This document shows positions 32,616 to 35,180 of a stretch of 35,180 nucleotides of DNA, piece by piece (the stretch's first letter is position 1; each line of letters begins with the position of its first letter). Below the pieces are notes generated by a model that ran no database searches, was not told the origin of the DNA, and saw only the letters and a list, made by a program, of their open reading frames with translations. The translations under genes and the position numbers were made by a program. Source of the stretch: Nemertoderma westbladi (lineage: Eukaryota; Animalia; Xenacoelomorpha); assembly GCA_032718475.1 (NCBI GenBank), contig JAUCBJ010004754.1, forward strand, positions 1-35,180. Reading direction: 5' to 3'.

Positions 32616-33594
32616 GTGTTTAGGTGGGCAACCGATTAAATCGTTTGCTGAAACACGTGACGCAGTCTGAGTTTGTTTTGGAAATGTTCACTGAGGTACA
32701 TTTGTCTCCTATGCCTCGCCTCCTACGTCTAATACAGTTGTGCAACACACAACACGCTTTGACAATAGCTGTAGCATTGTGCGGTTGAATTCCCATTGCT
32801 ATTGCAGTCAATAATACTCTAAACATCGCAGCCAATAATATACCAAAGCGCATTCTACTGCCCTATGGGCAGACGGGCACGAGAATGCCGCTAGTTATAT
32901 ATTCTCCGTTTATCTGTCAGACCTCGGCTGCAGTAAGGGCGGGTCATATTGGGTAGAAGTGCGTATCCTTCATCGACAATAAATACAAATGGCAATTTAG
33001 TAGACTCTGAAACATATTTAACATGGCAAATCAATAGTTCCCGAAAGGACAGCTTTGCCGAAATTTGAATTTTTAAATGCCTCAGCGTCATCATTAAATT
33101 GCTACGAAATACCCATTAGCATCTGCCACACCCTGCAGTGCAATAGAGAAATAGTGTTTATAGTTAAAATAGGAGGATCCAGACTTGAGGGGACACTTCA
33201 GTCGAATATGTTTCCCATCCAAAGCCCCACAGCAGTTTGGATACTGCCATAAACGCCTAAATTCCGCAGCAATATCTTCGTATTTTACTCTTATCAGGGA
33301 CTGACATTTCCACAGGTTGAAGGATTTGCCATATTACACGGCAGACATGGTTGATATTTGAGATATTGTTGAACACCGCATTCTAAATTGATAGTGAAGT
33401 GATAAGATATATTTCACCCGTGGCCAAGAACCTAAAAATATATAAATTGTGTGTGTAAACGCTACACCTACAACCAGAGCATAAAGAGTAAGCCTACATC
33501 ATGGCAAATATGAACCTGTTACCCCTGACTCATATTTATTGTTTTGGTTAGAAAAATTTTAATTATTACTGCACGTTTAATTTTCTAAGAAAAG

Positions 33595-34090
33595 CAGCTA
33601 AGAAAAAATGGAATTCTCTTCGAAGTTATCATGTCAAAAGCTTACGGGATGATGCGATTGGTCGAAGCGGTTCGGGAGCTGAGAAGAAACGACCGCCTTG
33701 GGTTTATAAAAAACAGATGGGATTTTTAAACACATTTATTAAACATAATGCAATGGAAGGAAACTTTACACAGGAAACCGAAATAGGGGAAAATTCTGAG
33801 GGAGGAGACTCTGACTCTGAAACGGAATCAACTATTACTGAGGCAACTCCTTAACATTCTCCTGTGTCAATTAAAAGTTCGTCAGCTCCTATCAATACCA
33901 TCACGCAGGGCCCTGTCTCATCCGAGACCAATGATAATAATAAATGTCTGAAGTAGATAAAGCATTAATTGATTTTATGGCTAAAAAGTCCGAAAAGGAA
34001 TCCGATGGTGACCTACTATTTTATTTTAAGGGACTCATCACGGATATAAATCGTCTTTCAGATCGTAATATTCGACGATTTACAATATGT
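33595..34090 (+). pseudogene. Decayed MADF/Myb-SANT-type Harbinger ORF1 (possible BESS-like end), antisense within the transposase intron
   Basis: Manual translation from about 33660: GRSGSGAEKKRPPWVYKKQMGFLNTFI, resembling the MADF C-terminal signature. Near 34005: DGDLLFYFKGLITDINRLSDRNIRRF. Confidence 0.6.
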
Positions 34091-34541
34091 TTCACCAATT
34101 CGTCGTGATGGATTTCGCCAACCAGTTTATAACACAAGTCAGTTCAACACGCCTCCCAGTGGATTGGGGAACTACACTACACGTGAAGATTCTGGAGTGA
34201 GGGAGGCATGACCAATATAATTACTATCAAACGACTTACCACAATATGTGAATAATAAACTCAACTACCGTCTTTGTATAATACTCAATACTATATTAAT
34301 ATTAAAATTAATGCAATGTTAATGTTATACACTTTACCTTAAAGTTAGAAGAAGTCTAGCATAGCCCGGTATAGACTTCCTCCTCTTGCTATCACTTTTG
34401 GATATATGAGGTTCTATAGATGACAGTAATTCATCGAAGGATGAAATTGACATTCTCGTATAATTATAAAAACATATCTCCATCAGCCCGCAAATCTTGA
34501 TAAAGCATTCCGCTAACGCCGTACGACAACCTTTATTGATT

Positions 34542-34817
34542 GATAGGGTGAACCCAATATCGGTGTTTATTCCGCCGCCTATGTAAGGCATACTTATGCT
34601 AATATTTCGTTAAGGTGAACCCAATATCGGTGTTTATTCCGCCGCCTATGTAAGGCATGTACTTATGCTAATATTTCGTTAAGGTGAACCCAATATCGGC
34701 GTTTATTCCGCCGCCTATGTAAGGCATGTACTTATGCTAATATTTCGATAGGGTGAACCAAATATCGGCGTTTATTCCGCCGCCTATGTGAGGCATGTAC
34801 TTATGCTAATATTTCGT
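34542..34817. repeat. 69-bp tandem repeat (4 copies, one of 67 bp) within Harbinger transposase exon 1
   Basis: GGTGAACC at 34547, 34614, 34683 and 34752. Confidence 0.95.
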
Positions 34818-35180
34818 CATCGATTTCATTTTCTATATTAAAAATAAAATAAAATAAAAAACACTTATAATCTAGAAAACAATACAGAATTTTATAACTG
34901 CAAACTGAACATTGTTCAACCCTTTATATCTGGTCTAAGCAATATATAAAATAATATTTATGAGCTGAAAGTTGTATGTGTGAAGTGAACCGGGACGTAG
35001 ATATTTGAAAGTTGAAAGCTCATGTGTGACCTGGTCCTATACATACCTTCTTGTTTCTAGGACTGTCGGTCTGTTCATAAAAATGTAAGAAAGCACTGTC
35101 AAAATATAAGGAAGCACCAACTAAAATGTTCGCTACTTGGTGATTTTCCTGGTCGATAATTTCATCTCACAAAGTCAGAA

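Larger units (their letters stand above)
31035..34830 (-). pseudogene. Decayed PIF/Harbinger (HARBI1-like DDE) transposase, two exons, interrupted by a hAT-type element
   Basis: RYWVHPIN near 34550. FYNYTRMSISSFDELL...RLLLTLR joins FLATGE across a GT-AG intron (33432-34337). Then PFVFIVDEGYALLPNMTRPY and FGIL..FRVL...IVKACCVLHN. C-terminal AIRIRDEFMKYF...W at 31050-31117. Confidence 0.88.

Overview
Eukaryotic, probably invertebrate or arthropod-like, AT-rich and transposon-dense DNA, not prokaryotic. It holds two host genes with uninterrupted coding sequences: a cytosolic sulfotransferase (5473-6495, +) and a eukaryotic cytosolic isoleucyl-tRNA synthetase (25986-29516, -). Most of the rest is mobile DNA and repeats. 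There is a 36-bp satellite at the window start and a decayed Ty3/Gypsy element (about 6.9-14.6 kb) split by three antisense LINE insertions (two RTE-like, one L2-like), with target-site duplications (TSDs) clear for the RTE copies. A decayed PIF/Harbinger element has a MADF-like gene nested antisense in its transposase intron and is itself hit by a hAT-type element with an exact 8-bp TSD. There are also Helitron/Helentron-like fragments and several minisatellites. The least explained structure is at 22.1-24.7 kb: a 1.9-kb unit bounded by 53-bp inverted repeats. It has no transposase and instead carries a C2H2 zinc finger / acidic repeat / coiled-coil repeat gene behind three CCAAT boxes. It is bracketed by oppositely oriented arrays of a 22-bp palindromic repeat. 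All family assignments come from motifs recognised by eye; no searches were run.
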